Origin: Oikopleura dioica
Taxonomy: Eukaryota; Animalia; Chordata
NCBI GenBank assembly: GCA_907165135.1
Contig: OU015567.1
Span: 186,001 to 250,000, forward strand
Direction of reading: 5' to 3'
DNA: 64,000 nucleotides
How positions within the stretch are numbered: the first letter of the stretch is position 1; each line of letters starts with the position of its first letter. A model generated the notes under the pieces. It was not told the DNA's origin, did no database searches, and worked only from the letters and a program-made list of their open reading frames with translations. Both the position numbers and the translations under genes were made by a program. Below are positions 13,201 through 24,400 of the stretch, one piece after another.

Positions 13201-15474
13201 ATATTTTGAGATTCTCTAATTTTCTGAATATAAACCTGCCCAAAATCTTATTTTGACGAAACCCTAAATATATACCTTAGAAACAAAAGAAAAGAATTTT
13301 CATATTTTTCCGATTTTCGATCCGCAAAACTCTTAAAATTGAAGCATCAGTTATTGTCTGATTTAAGTCGATTTTACTTTTAATATTATTTTTTTTTCTT
13401 TTCAAAATTGATAAAAGTGTCGAGGAGCCCCTGCTAAAGACTAAGTTTGATTTAAGATTAAAATTCTTTTGCGCTAGAACGGTTAAGATCTTGCCCCGAG
13501 TTCGGGGCGTTGTGCGCTTACCGAGATAAAGTTTTGTGCGCTCGCGCGTTAGAAGTCTTAAAAGATTCATATAGATTCTACTTAGCGAGTTATGCAGTTG
13601 CCGAGCTCAATATCAGCGCCGGTTGAACGCAAAGATCTTTTTTTATGAATGCAGAAACGCTGATCAATTCGGAAACTTCGATTTAGACAATATTACATTC
13701 TACTATACCGACGTGGACGATCACGTCGCCGTTCCTGCCGGCAACTATTTTTTAAGTCTTAGAATTGTCGCCTTCGACAGCTGGGGACCCGAGGATATGT
13801 TTTTTCTAGATGAAAATTATGGAGGGTCTGTTATGTCTTCTGGAATTTTCGAGCTAACTCTTTCTGACACTTGTGCGCAGGAATGTAACGCAAATGGATA
13901 TTGTCATCCGACAGCATCGACTTTCGGCACTCCATCTTGTGTCTGCAACGACGGTTACGAAGGCGACGGTGTCGATTACTGTATCGAGGTCATCGACGAA
14001 TGCACGAGCAATCCATGCCCTGCCGAACAAGAATGTCTGGACAAACTCTTTGGCTACGATTGCATTTGTGGATCAGGCTTTTATAAAGGCACAGCTAGGG
14101 TTTTTCAAGGAAAGTGTAATATCATTTAATTGGCCTCAAGATTTTAAAATTCGTGTAACTTGAGTCGCTTATTTCAAATACCAGAAGATTTTTCAGGGGT
14201 ACTGAATTGCTCCGCCCTGCGCCGCCTTGCACCGCCCAGCTTTCGGACCGGGCGGCGTTAGGCGGCGCAGGGCGGCTAAATCAGTACATTTTTGAATTCA
14301 AACGTAAAACAAATAAACGAGCCGTTCCGTGCAAACCCTAGGCACAGCTGATGATTGCCTTGATATTGATGAGTGCGCGGACAATCTTCATGTCTGTAGC
14401 GATGGAACTAGCTGTGAAAACACATTTGGCGGGTACTTCTGCAATGCAGACAACAATCAGCCAAGTTGCGACCCAAACTGCGATGCTGGCTTCTTTTGCG
14501 ATTCGGCAACGGAAACATGTGTTGACATAGACGAGTGCTCTGAGGGCACTCACGATTGCAAGGATTTCGAAAGCTGCAGAAATACAAACGGAAAATTCAT
14601 GTGTGATTTCGACAACAGTCAGTGTCGTGACGATTTACCGCGACCTGAATGGAAAGGGGTACGTTATTTATGCTTTTTATTTTTTTTTGAATCATTCTTG
14701 ATTTTCCAGAATGAAAGAAAGAAAATCTTTTTTTATAAATATCAAAATCAAAAATAAAAAAAAACCTTCTATTTTATTAAAATATATTATTGAATATTAT
14801 AATTTGGTTATTTGAAAAAATAAATGGCTTTAAACCTTTTTTTATTATTTCAGTGATTCTTGGATCAAAAAACTCTTAATGAGAATATTAATTGATATTC
14901 AATAGCGATCAGGAATGCGATACGTTTATCAATCCTCTAACGGCGCCGTGATGGGTATGAAGTTCAAGAACAAGTTCAAAACGGTCAACATCCGCAACGA
15001 ACTCTACACGGGCGTCATTATGTTCACCAAGACTGTCTGCGGAATGGACTTTCTTCGCGCCCTTCAAGATGGCAGAGTACGAATCGACCTCGTGGATTCA
15101 TCCCCTCTCTATCAGATGCATGATTTTCACTACAAAAATCAGCAGAAGTACTCGGCCATCGGTTTCACATTTGATCTTCTGAGCATCGAAACAAAAGATA
15201 TGCCCTGGTCTTTCAAGGTTCATTCAGTTTTTCTTTTCTCATCAAAAAAATAATAATTTATTAGTCTGGAATTCCAACCAAAAATATGGGCTCTGATGAC
15301 GTCTATATTTCCTTCACAGGTTTGGAACAAGTCAACTGGCTCACGAATCAGGAGAATTGCCTTCTTCTTGGCGCTCAGGCAGCTCTTCCTTACGACGATT
15401 TCGACGAAGTCGACAGAGCATGTTTCGTCGATTTGAAGACTTTCTGGAAAACGCCCCCTCTTCCGAATCCTTAA
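10270..15474 (+). CDS. Astacin (M12A) zinc metalloprotease with multiple EGF/calcium-binding EGF domains; 5' end uncertain
   Basis: HEFMHALGFKHEHSRPDRDDYV zinc motif (~10722). Met-turn YDFKSIMHY at ~11467. EGF repeats in exons ~11760-12550, ~13590-14088 and 14342-14658. Final exons ~14906-15218 and ~15265-15474. Confidence 0.88.
11624..11734 (-). mobile_element. 111-bp hammerhead-containing non-autonomous retro-insert with 14-bp TSD, in an astacin intron
   Basis: Direct repeat atatattataaagt at 11610-11623 and 11735-11748. Contains a hammerhead followed by AATAAA on the minus strand. A degenerate relative lies at ~18888-19025. Confidence 0.75.
11636..11669 (-). ncRNA. Minimal type-I hammerhead ribozyme (near-intact)
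   Basis: Minus strand reads GCA-CUGAUGA-U-GCC-AAAA-GGC-GAAA-AGUU-UC-UGC then AAUAAA. Core is intact, stems I and II pair, and stem III is one base from the palindrome AAGCUU. Confidence 0.75.
13000..13517. mobile_element. MITE with ~28-bp GC-rich TIRs in an astacin intron
   Basis: gcgcacggcgccccgaactcggggca ... tgccccgagttcggggcgttgtgcgc. The same TIR appears at ~44899. Confidence 0.65.
14096..14340. mobile_element. hAT-like MITE (TAGGGTTT TIR, 8-bp TSD GGCACAGC) inserted in coding sequence; predicted GC-AG intron 14089-14341
   Basis: ggcacagc|tagggttt...aaacccta|ggcacagc. Removing it restores CICGSGFYKGTADDCLDIDEC. Confidence 0.8.
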
Positions 15475-15532
15475 AAATCATATTCAAAAATCTTTTGTCA
15501 ATTATTCACTTTTATTATTTATCTGGTGTCGT

Positions 15533-15630
15533 TAGTTCTCTTTGCACTAGAGATGACATAAAAAACCCGTTATCGATATGCAATAAATTTAATATCGAAT
15601 CATTTACATCGATGTCATTAATCAAGATTT
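15533..15630 (+). repeat. Degenerate copy of the Penelope pLTR/hammerhead segment, just 3' of the astacin stop
   Basis: tagttctc..tgcact..gatg..ccg..tcgatatgcaataaa...catttacatcgatgtcattaatcaa aligns to the reverse complement of 58431-58525. The hammerhead core is destroyed. Confidence 0.7.
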
Positions 15631-16427
15631 CGATTTCCAAAAAATTTCATGATAAGCAATCACTGATTTCCAGTAAGGCAATTCTCATTTATGCGTAAAA
15701 GCTTTCACTATTGCCTTATCAAAGATCATCTACAGGACTCTATTTTCAGCGCGCCGTTTGAACTTTCAAAAGGTGAAAATGCTCGTTTTTGTCGTCGCAA
15801 CATTTTGAAAGGAAGAGCCAGTTGTCAAATTGTCCGACAAAGAGTCGGGGTCTCGACAATCCTTAAAAACAAAATTTACTTATAGACGACAAAAGTGACC
15901 AACTAAACAATTCTTGAGCGGAATCTTTGTTTAATAGAAGATTCATTGTGATATTGACTATGAAATCTTTGATCGAATATGATCTGAACTGTCCTTCAAG
16001 AAGAATATCATTGAAATAATTTGTTATTGACGAAATCTTATTATCTAAAAAATTATATACACCAAAAATTTACGCTAAAATTTTGTGTAAAAGAATTCGT
16101 TCCAAGTGTTAAAAATCTTTCCTTTATGCTTAGTTTAAGTTTAAACTCATACGGAAATTTTGCTTATCGAACTAAGCTGTCATTTTGTAGAACCTTGCAT
16201 TCAACAGTTGTACTGTTTTCAAAGTAGCCAATACTTTGAGCTTGCTGAGCTGAGCTGTCCTTCCCGAAAAATCATTGAGTTGGGTTGACTCTTCAAAAAA
16301 TTATTCAAATGATTTGAGCAAGGCAGTCCATATTGAAAAAATTGACCTGAGCTGAGGCACACAGCCTCTTCAGCTCACTAAGCTCAGAAAATTTGCAATT
16401 TTCAAAATCGGAGAGAGTAAACGAACA

Positions 16428-16818
16428 GAGTGGTCTCCCTTTTGCCCAAGTCGCCGTTTGACCAAGATCACTGTTTGCTCAAGTGGGGAAACGGTTAATC
16501 GGACAAATGGCGATAAGTTTAAATTCAAATTGATTGATCAGATGAATTTATTTTATGGGCGTCCCAATAATCAATCCTGACTTAACCATCTCCAATCCCT
16601 GCTTCAACAACTTGAATCCTTGCTTTTCAGACGTCGATCCTGGTGGCTCAAACATAACTGATGTCTAAAAGCCAAGATTGACATTGGAGAAGCCAAATAA
16701 TGTTTCAATCAATCATAATTAATTCATTCACATCGCCGTTTGTTCAAGATCTCCCTTTCCTGAAGTTGGGCGAACGGCGATTCGGGTAAACGGCGACTCG
16801 GGCAAACGGAAACCACTC
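16428..16818. mobile_element. MITE with GAGTGG termini and ~19-bp subterminal repeats
   Basis: gagtggtctcccttttgcccaagtcgccgtt ... aacggcgactcgggcaaacggaaaccactc. Confidence 0.65.
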
Positions 16819-17045
16819 GTCGGAACGTATAGAAAACAAATAAAAATGAAATTGAACTTCAAATGGACACTTTTTCAAAATTTACATATTTTTGGAAAAT
16901 TTTCGCTTTCGCTTTTCATTTTTGGCCAAAATCAAGACCCCTGATTGAAGGTTGATCTCGTGCCTTAAGATTTTTATTTCTCTGAAAGAAGATTGAGAAA
17001 GAAGACGATCTAGTTGTTACTCAAAAAATTTTTTCAAGTGATTTG

Positions 17046-17311
17046 AATGGGGAGGTGTCTGGAACCGACAGAAAAATCCCGACAAAATTTTTCATTTTCT
17101 TCAAGTGAATTTTAATGGCCCGCATTATCTGCTGCGCTAACGAAAATTTCTCAAAACTGCCTAGAAACCTCTATCATGGCCTGAAATAGATATTCCTGCA
17201 TAGTTTTTAGAAAAAATTATTATCAATAAATTTTTAGAGTATTTTTTCTGAAGAGTCTATTTTTGAAAATTTTTGTCGGAATTTTTTGTCGATTCCAAAC
17301 ACCTTCCCATT
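17046..17311. repeat. Inverted repeat (~45-bp arms), probable MITE
   Basis: aatggggaggtgtctggaaccgacagaaaaatcccgacaaaattttt versus aaaatttttgtcggaattttttgtcgattccaaacaccttcccatt. Confidence 0.6.
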
Positions 17312-17428
17312 TGTATAGGACTTTTTTGAGAGCATAAATCAAATTTTTCGACATTTTTCGGAAAATATTGCGTCAAAAATGTCCAAAATTCAATAATAAC
17401 TGTAACCGCATAAACTTCGGAGGGTTGA

Positions 17429-18481
17429 GGAACCCCCTGTCAGCTTTTTCCTCCGAAAAATTGAAATTTTTAAAAACACCATATTTTTGGTTCTTTATGC
17501 ATCCTCAACTTAAACTTGCTTCAAAAACTTGATAAGACGAAGATTTGACCAAGAAAAATCAACATTTTTGCCAAAATTAGGGCAAATTCGTCAATTTTCG
17601 GCGAAAAGTCCGATTTTCAAATGCGATATTGAGGGTGAGGGGGTAGGATTCATTTGCACAATAGCTTCGTTTGCACAGAGCTTCATCTGCACAAGAGCTT
17701 CATTCGCACATTCTGTGCAAACGAGGCTTTTGTGCCAGTGAGGCTCTTGGGCAAATGAGTGTCAAATTATATTTTTGATGAAAAAATTGAAACGTTTAAA
17801 AATATTTGGAGAAAATTAAAACTTATTAGTTTGACGGTCGTATTTTATCAAGTTTTTGTATCCTTAGTCAAACATAAGAAATTATCTGGAAGAGTTAACT
17901 GAAAAGTTTAATTGTATCGAGTAGGTCTGCCAGACGCCAGAAAACTGCGAGTGTATGTCGCGTTGACTCATCGCAATTTTTGAACATACCAGTATGTTTG
18001 AGCCAGAACCGATTTCATTATAATTTATAATTTTTATAATTTATAAACCCAAATGATTATAAAATCGATTGATTATTAAGAAGGGTTCATAGAGAACGCA
18101 AAATTAGTTTTGATCTGCTAAGAAAGATTTTTCCTTATTTGAGAAATTTTCTGAACAAAAATAATATCGACGATATTATATCGTCGGCAGCCAATAAGCG
18201 TAAATTGAAAAAGCCCACGAAATCAAAACCCTCATTAGCACAGAGCCTCACTGGCACAAAAGCCTCTTTTGCACATATTGTGCAAATGAAGCTCTTGTGC
18301 AGATGAGGCTCTGTGCAAATGAAGCTATTGTACAAATGAAGCCTACCCAGGGTGAGGGAGTCGAGATAGACCCAAAAAAAATGAAACCTCAAAATCGTTT
18401 TATGACCTGTAGAATCCATTTCCGGGGTCAGAATTCTGAAATTCCGAAATTTGATTTTTCGAAAAAAGCTGACGGGGGTCC
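17429..18481. mobile_element. GGACCCCC-family MITE interrupted by a nested element
   Basis: ggaaccccctgtcagc...gctgacgggggtcc|ttaa. The host sequence resumes after the nested insert. Confidence 0.75.
17641..18348. mobile_element. Nested non-autonomous DNA transposon, 9-bp TSD AGGGTGAGG, GGGTAGG termini (MULE/Merlin-like)
   Basis: agggtgagg|gggtagg...cctaccc|agggtgagg. TIRs of ~120 bp are built from ttcatttgcaca-type repeats. Confidence 0.85.
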
Positions 18482-19087
18482 TTAAGGGTAAAGCAGAAGA
18501 ATTGGTGGTAACCGACAAAGGCTAGGGTTAACCTTTGTCACAAAACCTTTGTGACCCTCCACTCGCCGGGACTCTGTCTACATATTTTAACGGCGAGTCG
18601 AGCTTCTCCCGTAAAATACGGGTCTGCTCAAAATAGCCAGCTGTCAAAATTGATCTCACCAGGCCTTAAAAGCGACCTTTTTCGCTTTAAACTCATAGTT
18701 TCTTTTTTCTATCTTTGACATCACTTGCAATGATTTTCAAAGATGAAACAAAGACGAATCGGAGTCAAGACAAGCAACAAAAAGTTCAGGTAAAGTTTTT
18801 CGAAGAAAAAAAGGGTACAAAATTTATGAAGCTTGTTTCAGAAATGTCTTTTTCTTATAAGTAGAACGTCCATTTTTTATATTTTCTTGTTTATTGCAGA
18901 AGCCTTTTGCCTAACGAATTTAAGAGTGTTATAGGAATAATAAAACAGACAGAAAACTTTGACAATCATATGATATGATTCATATCAAAAATAGAATTAC
19001 CTTTAGAGATGCGAAGTTGTATCTGACAATTAAGAATCCACCAGAAACGGTCATTTTTCTTTTAATCTTCTTAATTGTGCCCCTTAA

Positions 19088-19423
19088 GGGGGAGGGTGGT
19101 CAATATAGATTTTCAGTGGTGATCAAAATCCCATTTCAACATAAAGTGTGCATATGAATCTTATATTTTTGGAATCTCAAGATCTTAACGAGTCTGTTGA
19201 GCCTAAAATTATTATATAATAACAAGTGTTTGATGAATTTTCGCGAACTTTCCTTGCTTTGGGGCCATCTTTGACCGAGTTTTTCTGACCTACTTTTTTC
19301 TCGTTTGCGCCTGTAGAGTTTAACAACCCTTTTCTTTCTCCTTAACAATTTGATTTTTGTCTATCCAATCAGGTTTTCCCGCTTTTTTGGTCGAGAGAAA
19401 CCCCGATATTGACGACCTCCCCC
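19088..19423. mobile_element. Kolobok-like MITE (GGGGGAGG TIR, TTAA TSD)
   Basis: ttaa|gggggagggtggtcaat...attgacgacctccccc|ttaa. Confidence 0.75.
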
Positions 19424-19674
19424 TTAAATCTTATTTTCTCGAATGATTTTAGGCTCAAAAGATTTGACAGGGTCTTAAGATTCCAAAAATTCAAGTTTTA
19501 TATCCAGACTATGTGTATTAGTAATACAGTATAACTTAAACAGTAGGGGATAAATTATGATCATCTTTAACATAATTCTTGTCGACTTCAATTTAAGTGC
19601 ATTAAAAATTTTTTTTTATTTTGCTCATTGTCATCATCTTGAAATCGAAATCTTTAATAACATAATCATAGTGT

Positions 19675-20135
19675 ATGGACTGCCACTGTATCGGCACTCT
19701 TAACCAAAAGAATGAAAAAGTCTTTTTTGGTTCCGGATGAAGTTCTGACTACTCGGAGCATCCACACTCAAAAACAAGACATGCAACGGAAGCCAACTTG
19801 GAAGAAAAAAATCACCGCAAAAATGAGCTTGGCTAAACACGGAAGCGCTACTGATAAGCAGCAGCACACTTATCTCATACTCGGCTCTATTTTCTGGATA
19901 ACAGTGATGCTCATAGGTAGGCTTATTTTTTGTTTAAGTATGGTTTAATTTATGGCTAGCAAATTTTCAATCGCTTGAAAAATCTCGCGGAGTAACGACT
20001 TATCTGACGTCGACTTGTCATCGAAATTACAAGAAGTGCGTCAAAAGTGAATCGATGGGACCGTGTTTGAAAACCAAAATTTTAAGTATTAAATTTCCTA
20101 GAAAGTCTTTTGACGAAGGGAATCGAGTGTTTTGA
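19675..20135 (+). pseudogene. Truncated, frameshifted tandem duplicate of the 5' exons of the 21486 gene
   Basis: DCHCIGTLNQK..GSIFWITVML and ANFQSLEKSRGVTTYLTSTCHRNYKKCV parallel DCHCVGVLKQK..GSFFWIAVML and ANFYSLEKSRGVTTFLTSTCHRNYKKCV. There is a frameshift in a poly-T near 19725 and an early stop. Confidence 0.6.
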
Positions 20136-21485
20136 TGGGCTATCAATGATAGGCCTTAGGGTGCGGACACTCCTCACAAAACTGCCATCCTTTAAGAGTC
20201 TGCTCACTACCCTTTGCTGAAACCTGGGCTCTGCCGGTCATTTACATTTTTGGAAAAATACTTAGGGGTCGAGCATTTTTTATCGGTTTTTCTTTGGATA
20301 AAACAAACTGAGAACTACCATGGGCCATTGTGTGAATATCTTACGCCGTATCGATTACAAGACGAGAGTTTAGAAAAACAGATAGCTCATCTAACATCTA
20401 ACAATCATGAACAAAAATAAAATGTTCTTTGGCTGATTTTTTCCTTATCGGAATTTACGTTTTTATACAAGTCAAAAACAGGTCAAGGGGCCTTACCAAC
20501 CAGAGATCTTATAAGAAGCCCAATAATTTTTTCTTTAAACATGTTTGACTAGACATGTTTGAAATCCCGGGTAAAGGCTTGCTTTCACCGGTAAGCTATG
20601 ACATTCAAGAAAGCACATTCTGGGAAAAAAATCTATAAAGCTGTCAATCCAAGAAAAGAAAAAATTATGAGCCAGCGGTGTTTTCTATTCCCTTTTAACT
20701 TTTTTTTCCGAGATGATTTCAACTAACGCTCAAGATAAAGAGGGTAATGAGACCCCAAATCATTTTTTCGGCTCCAAAATTAAGGTTCTTATTATTATTT
20801 TTTAATTTCCAAAATATAAAATACCGCGATTGGCAGATCTGACTGACTGATTTTTCAGTCAATAAATGACCCGTTACAACTCTCCATGCTAAGACGTAGC
20901 GGATTTGTAACGGCTCTCGATTGGTCGACTGATTTGACGAAATTTTTTAAAGAGGAGACCAATAATCCAGATTAATCCAGATTATTTAATCAGATTCATT
21001 TTTTTTTATTCATTTCTTTTGAGCTATCCATTGAGCACTTAATTATACACCTTATTCTGTCGACTTTGAAAAGTCGAAAATTTAGCGAATTTTTTCTTTG
21101 TAAAATTTTTATCAAAATAAGCCATTTTAAAAGCTTTTTTACGGCTAATCACGTGACGTACACCCCTTGACATAATATATTAAAATGATCGTTAGTCTAT
21201 GGAGATTTTAAAAATACGTCAAACGAAAGCTCTCGATGATTTTTTTCAAATCAGTAGGGGATTCCTTAAGGAGGAATAAATGAAATTTACTTTTTTCGTC
21301 CGTCCATGCTTATAAGTTCCAAAAAAGGTATTACGCCGTCGCCGGTCGATTTCAACAAACCTTTTTTTCACTTGAGAAGTTAAAATTTTTTACCTTATCA
21401 GGTTTTCTCGCTTTTTTGGTAACACGAGTTAAATAAGATATAAATCATCTCGTCTTATTGATCTGATAAAATTTATTAAAAGTGT

Positions 21486-24400
21486 TTGGATTGTCACTGC
21501 GTTGGTGTTCTCAAGCAAAAAGACGATAAAATCTACTTGTTCCCTGAAGAAATATTATCTTCCCGGAGCATTCATACGCGGAAAAGGGATTTAAAAACAA
21601 AATCATACAAAAGGAAAATTAACCTAGCCACGCACGGATCATCAACGATTCAACAGAAAGCGTCGTACTTAGTAGGCGGCTCCTTTTTCTGGATCGCCGT
21701 CATGCTTGTTTGTAAGTTATTTATAAGAAAACTCGGTTAAAAAAAATAATTTATATCTGAGTCAGCAATCTACGCATGCTTATGCTTCTGCTACAACCTC
21801 TCGCGAAAAAACCATAAAAAATCTCTCTTCATTTGCGAAGGATATTTCTTGTTTGAATTTTGACACTCACTTAAATATATTGTAGCAAATTTTTATTCGC
21901 TGGAAAAATCTCGCGGCGTTACGACTTTTTTGACTTCCACTTGCCATAGAAATTACAAAAAATGCGTCGAAACTGATTCGATGGGCCAGTGTTTGATATC
22001 AATCGAATTTTTGGTCCATCAAGGAAGGACTATCTTTTGTCCAAGGAGCTCAAACGGTTGTAGGCGGTCTCGTGGGATTTTTATTCCACGTAGCTTATGA
22101 AGAATAAGAGATCGATTTACGATGGAAATTCTTCCAATGACAGATTGTTGTTAGATAGAATTTTCTTCGAGCAGAGTTTTCAAACACTGCGATAGACTTT
22201 TGCGGACATTTGATGAAAGAATGTTACTCAACCAAGAAATTTGTGTTTCCGGAGCCTGTTTCTATAATTGAGCACAGTGTCTCTGAGCTTGTCGAATTTT
22301 CTCACGAAGAAAACGAAATAAATTTGGCCCGCTGTCAAAAGAAACAATTCTACGACCAGAAAATCTGCCGCCATCTCTGCTCGAAAACGCTGGTTCTGAA
22401 ATCAACGTGGACCAACCCGATATCGCCTTGTGAGAAAATCTGCTTTGCTCTGACAAGATCTTTCGATGCTGCGGGAGAAGTTTGCCCCTTTCAGAAATAC
22501 TGCTCGAATGGGTGTCCCTGTCCTCATTACGAGTGCGACAAATTGGAATCGTACCAGAAATTGGTGCCGGTTTTTGATCTTCAGAAACCGGAAACAATTG
22601 ATTTGGATGATGCGACAGGAAAATTTGAAGCTCGCTTAAATATTAAGATTTCTTTTTCTTACGCTCAAATCAGTAAAAGGATTCGAAGACGAAGAGTTTT
22701 TACCTATTGACGGAATCACTGGGCGTTGGGAAGAGCGCGAACGAAAAATTGAGATGTTTCCGATCGCTCTTACTGATTTATCCGAGAAAAGCAGTAGAGT
22801 GTCAGTCAATGCATCGAGTTCTTTGTTTCCTTACGGACGTTTTTGATCAAAATAAATTTCGGACTAGCCGCAGAATTACCAAAAACCTCAAAAGTCAACT
22901 GGCGCTACTTTTCTTAATGGCGAGCACTATCTGGTTGATGCTCTTGGAAACCTGATGAGAATGGCAGAAACTGACAACAAATACATTTTTATGCGAAATC
23001 AAGACAAGAAAATGTATGTTTTTATTCTTCAAACTTTGTTCGATTTTCAGGCGTTTCTTCATTTTCCATTTCGGCTCTTCCATCGGGACTCATCAAATCC
23101 AGATTCGCAGCAAAGAGAAAGACAGTCTTACTTTTCCCGTTGTTGTCATTTGAAAAGGGTCAAAATTTTAGCATGTTCAGATTTCGTTGAAAATTTTTAC
23201 CTTTTGAAGCTCCCCGACAGCGAGATCGGACAAGTGCTTTTACTACGCCCCCGACTACAATTTGAACCGCTTCGAAGAAGCTCAGGGTTTCATCGCTAGC
23301 AATCATTTCAACGCAAAAGTGTCTTCTGCAAGTTTCAAAGGAGTTTTCTATCTGATGAGCGTTCGCATGGGAGACGAGTATATCAAGGAAGGATGAAAAA
23401 TTTTAAGTCACGTTCTTCTCGAGAGTCTGCTCTTCGTTCGTGTCTAGCGTATAAAATAGCTAGGGAAACTCGATGAAAAATGAGCTTTTATGGGCTTAGA
23501 AGGGAGGAGGTATAATACAGTTTTAGAAAGCCCAGAAGCTTGGGATCATTTTGACTATTTACAGTTATTGGTCTGACCCATGCCCTGGGGCATTTTTCCC
23601 TTCTAAAGAGCCGAAAATCTGGTACTTTCAGAATAGAGGGTCGTAACTTCTAGTATCGCGGATTTATTTCAATAAAACTTACACCAGATTGTAGAGAAGG
23701 CTCTGACGGTTCAGAAAATGTGTAAAAACTATCGTTATCGGCATTCTAGAGGGCGCTAGAGGCTCTAGAAGTTTAGGAAGTCGGCCGAAAATGGGCACTC
23801 TTGGTCCCAAAAAAATACGAAAATGTTATTTTATTCGACTAAAATAGATTAAAGAACGTCTCGAATAGATTATTAGATGTCAAAATGCATGGATGCATGG
23901 ATGACTAGAAATCGGAATTTACGATTTAGGAAAATATTTTCAAGTTAAATTCTAAGAGTGTTTAAGGCCTGTCGGCCTAATAAAACCCCGTTCGAATGTA
24001 AAAGGGGTCCAGAAGGCTTATTAAGGGGGTTTCTTAAGACCGGTAGGCCTCTTACACCCTAAGCATTAAGGGGAGGTCGTCGAGAAAAATTTTTCCCTTT
24101 TCAAAATTTTGATTATATTTTTGGATTCCTCGATAAAAAGGAGTATTTTTGGTCTCTAGCTTTTTTCACTTTGTTAACTTTTTAATGTAAAATTTTCGAT
24201 TTTAAGTCTCGAACTTTAAATTTCTTGAAAATTATTAGTTGGTGATTTTGTCTAAAAACTATCTGAAACTAATTATTATGCACTAGGCATTGTTTTAAAA
24301 TGATTTCTGACTAATTATTCTTATAAGAATCCTATTCTTTGTAATTTTTATAGAAATTTCCATGAAAAAATGGCTAAAAATGTCGATTTTGACGAAAATC

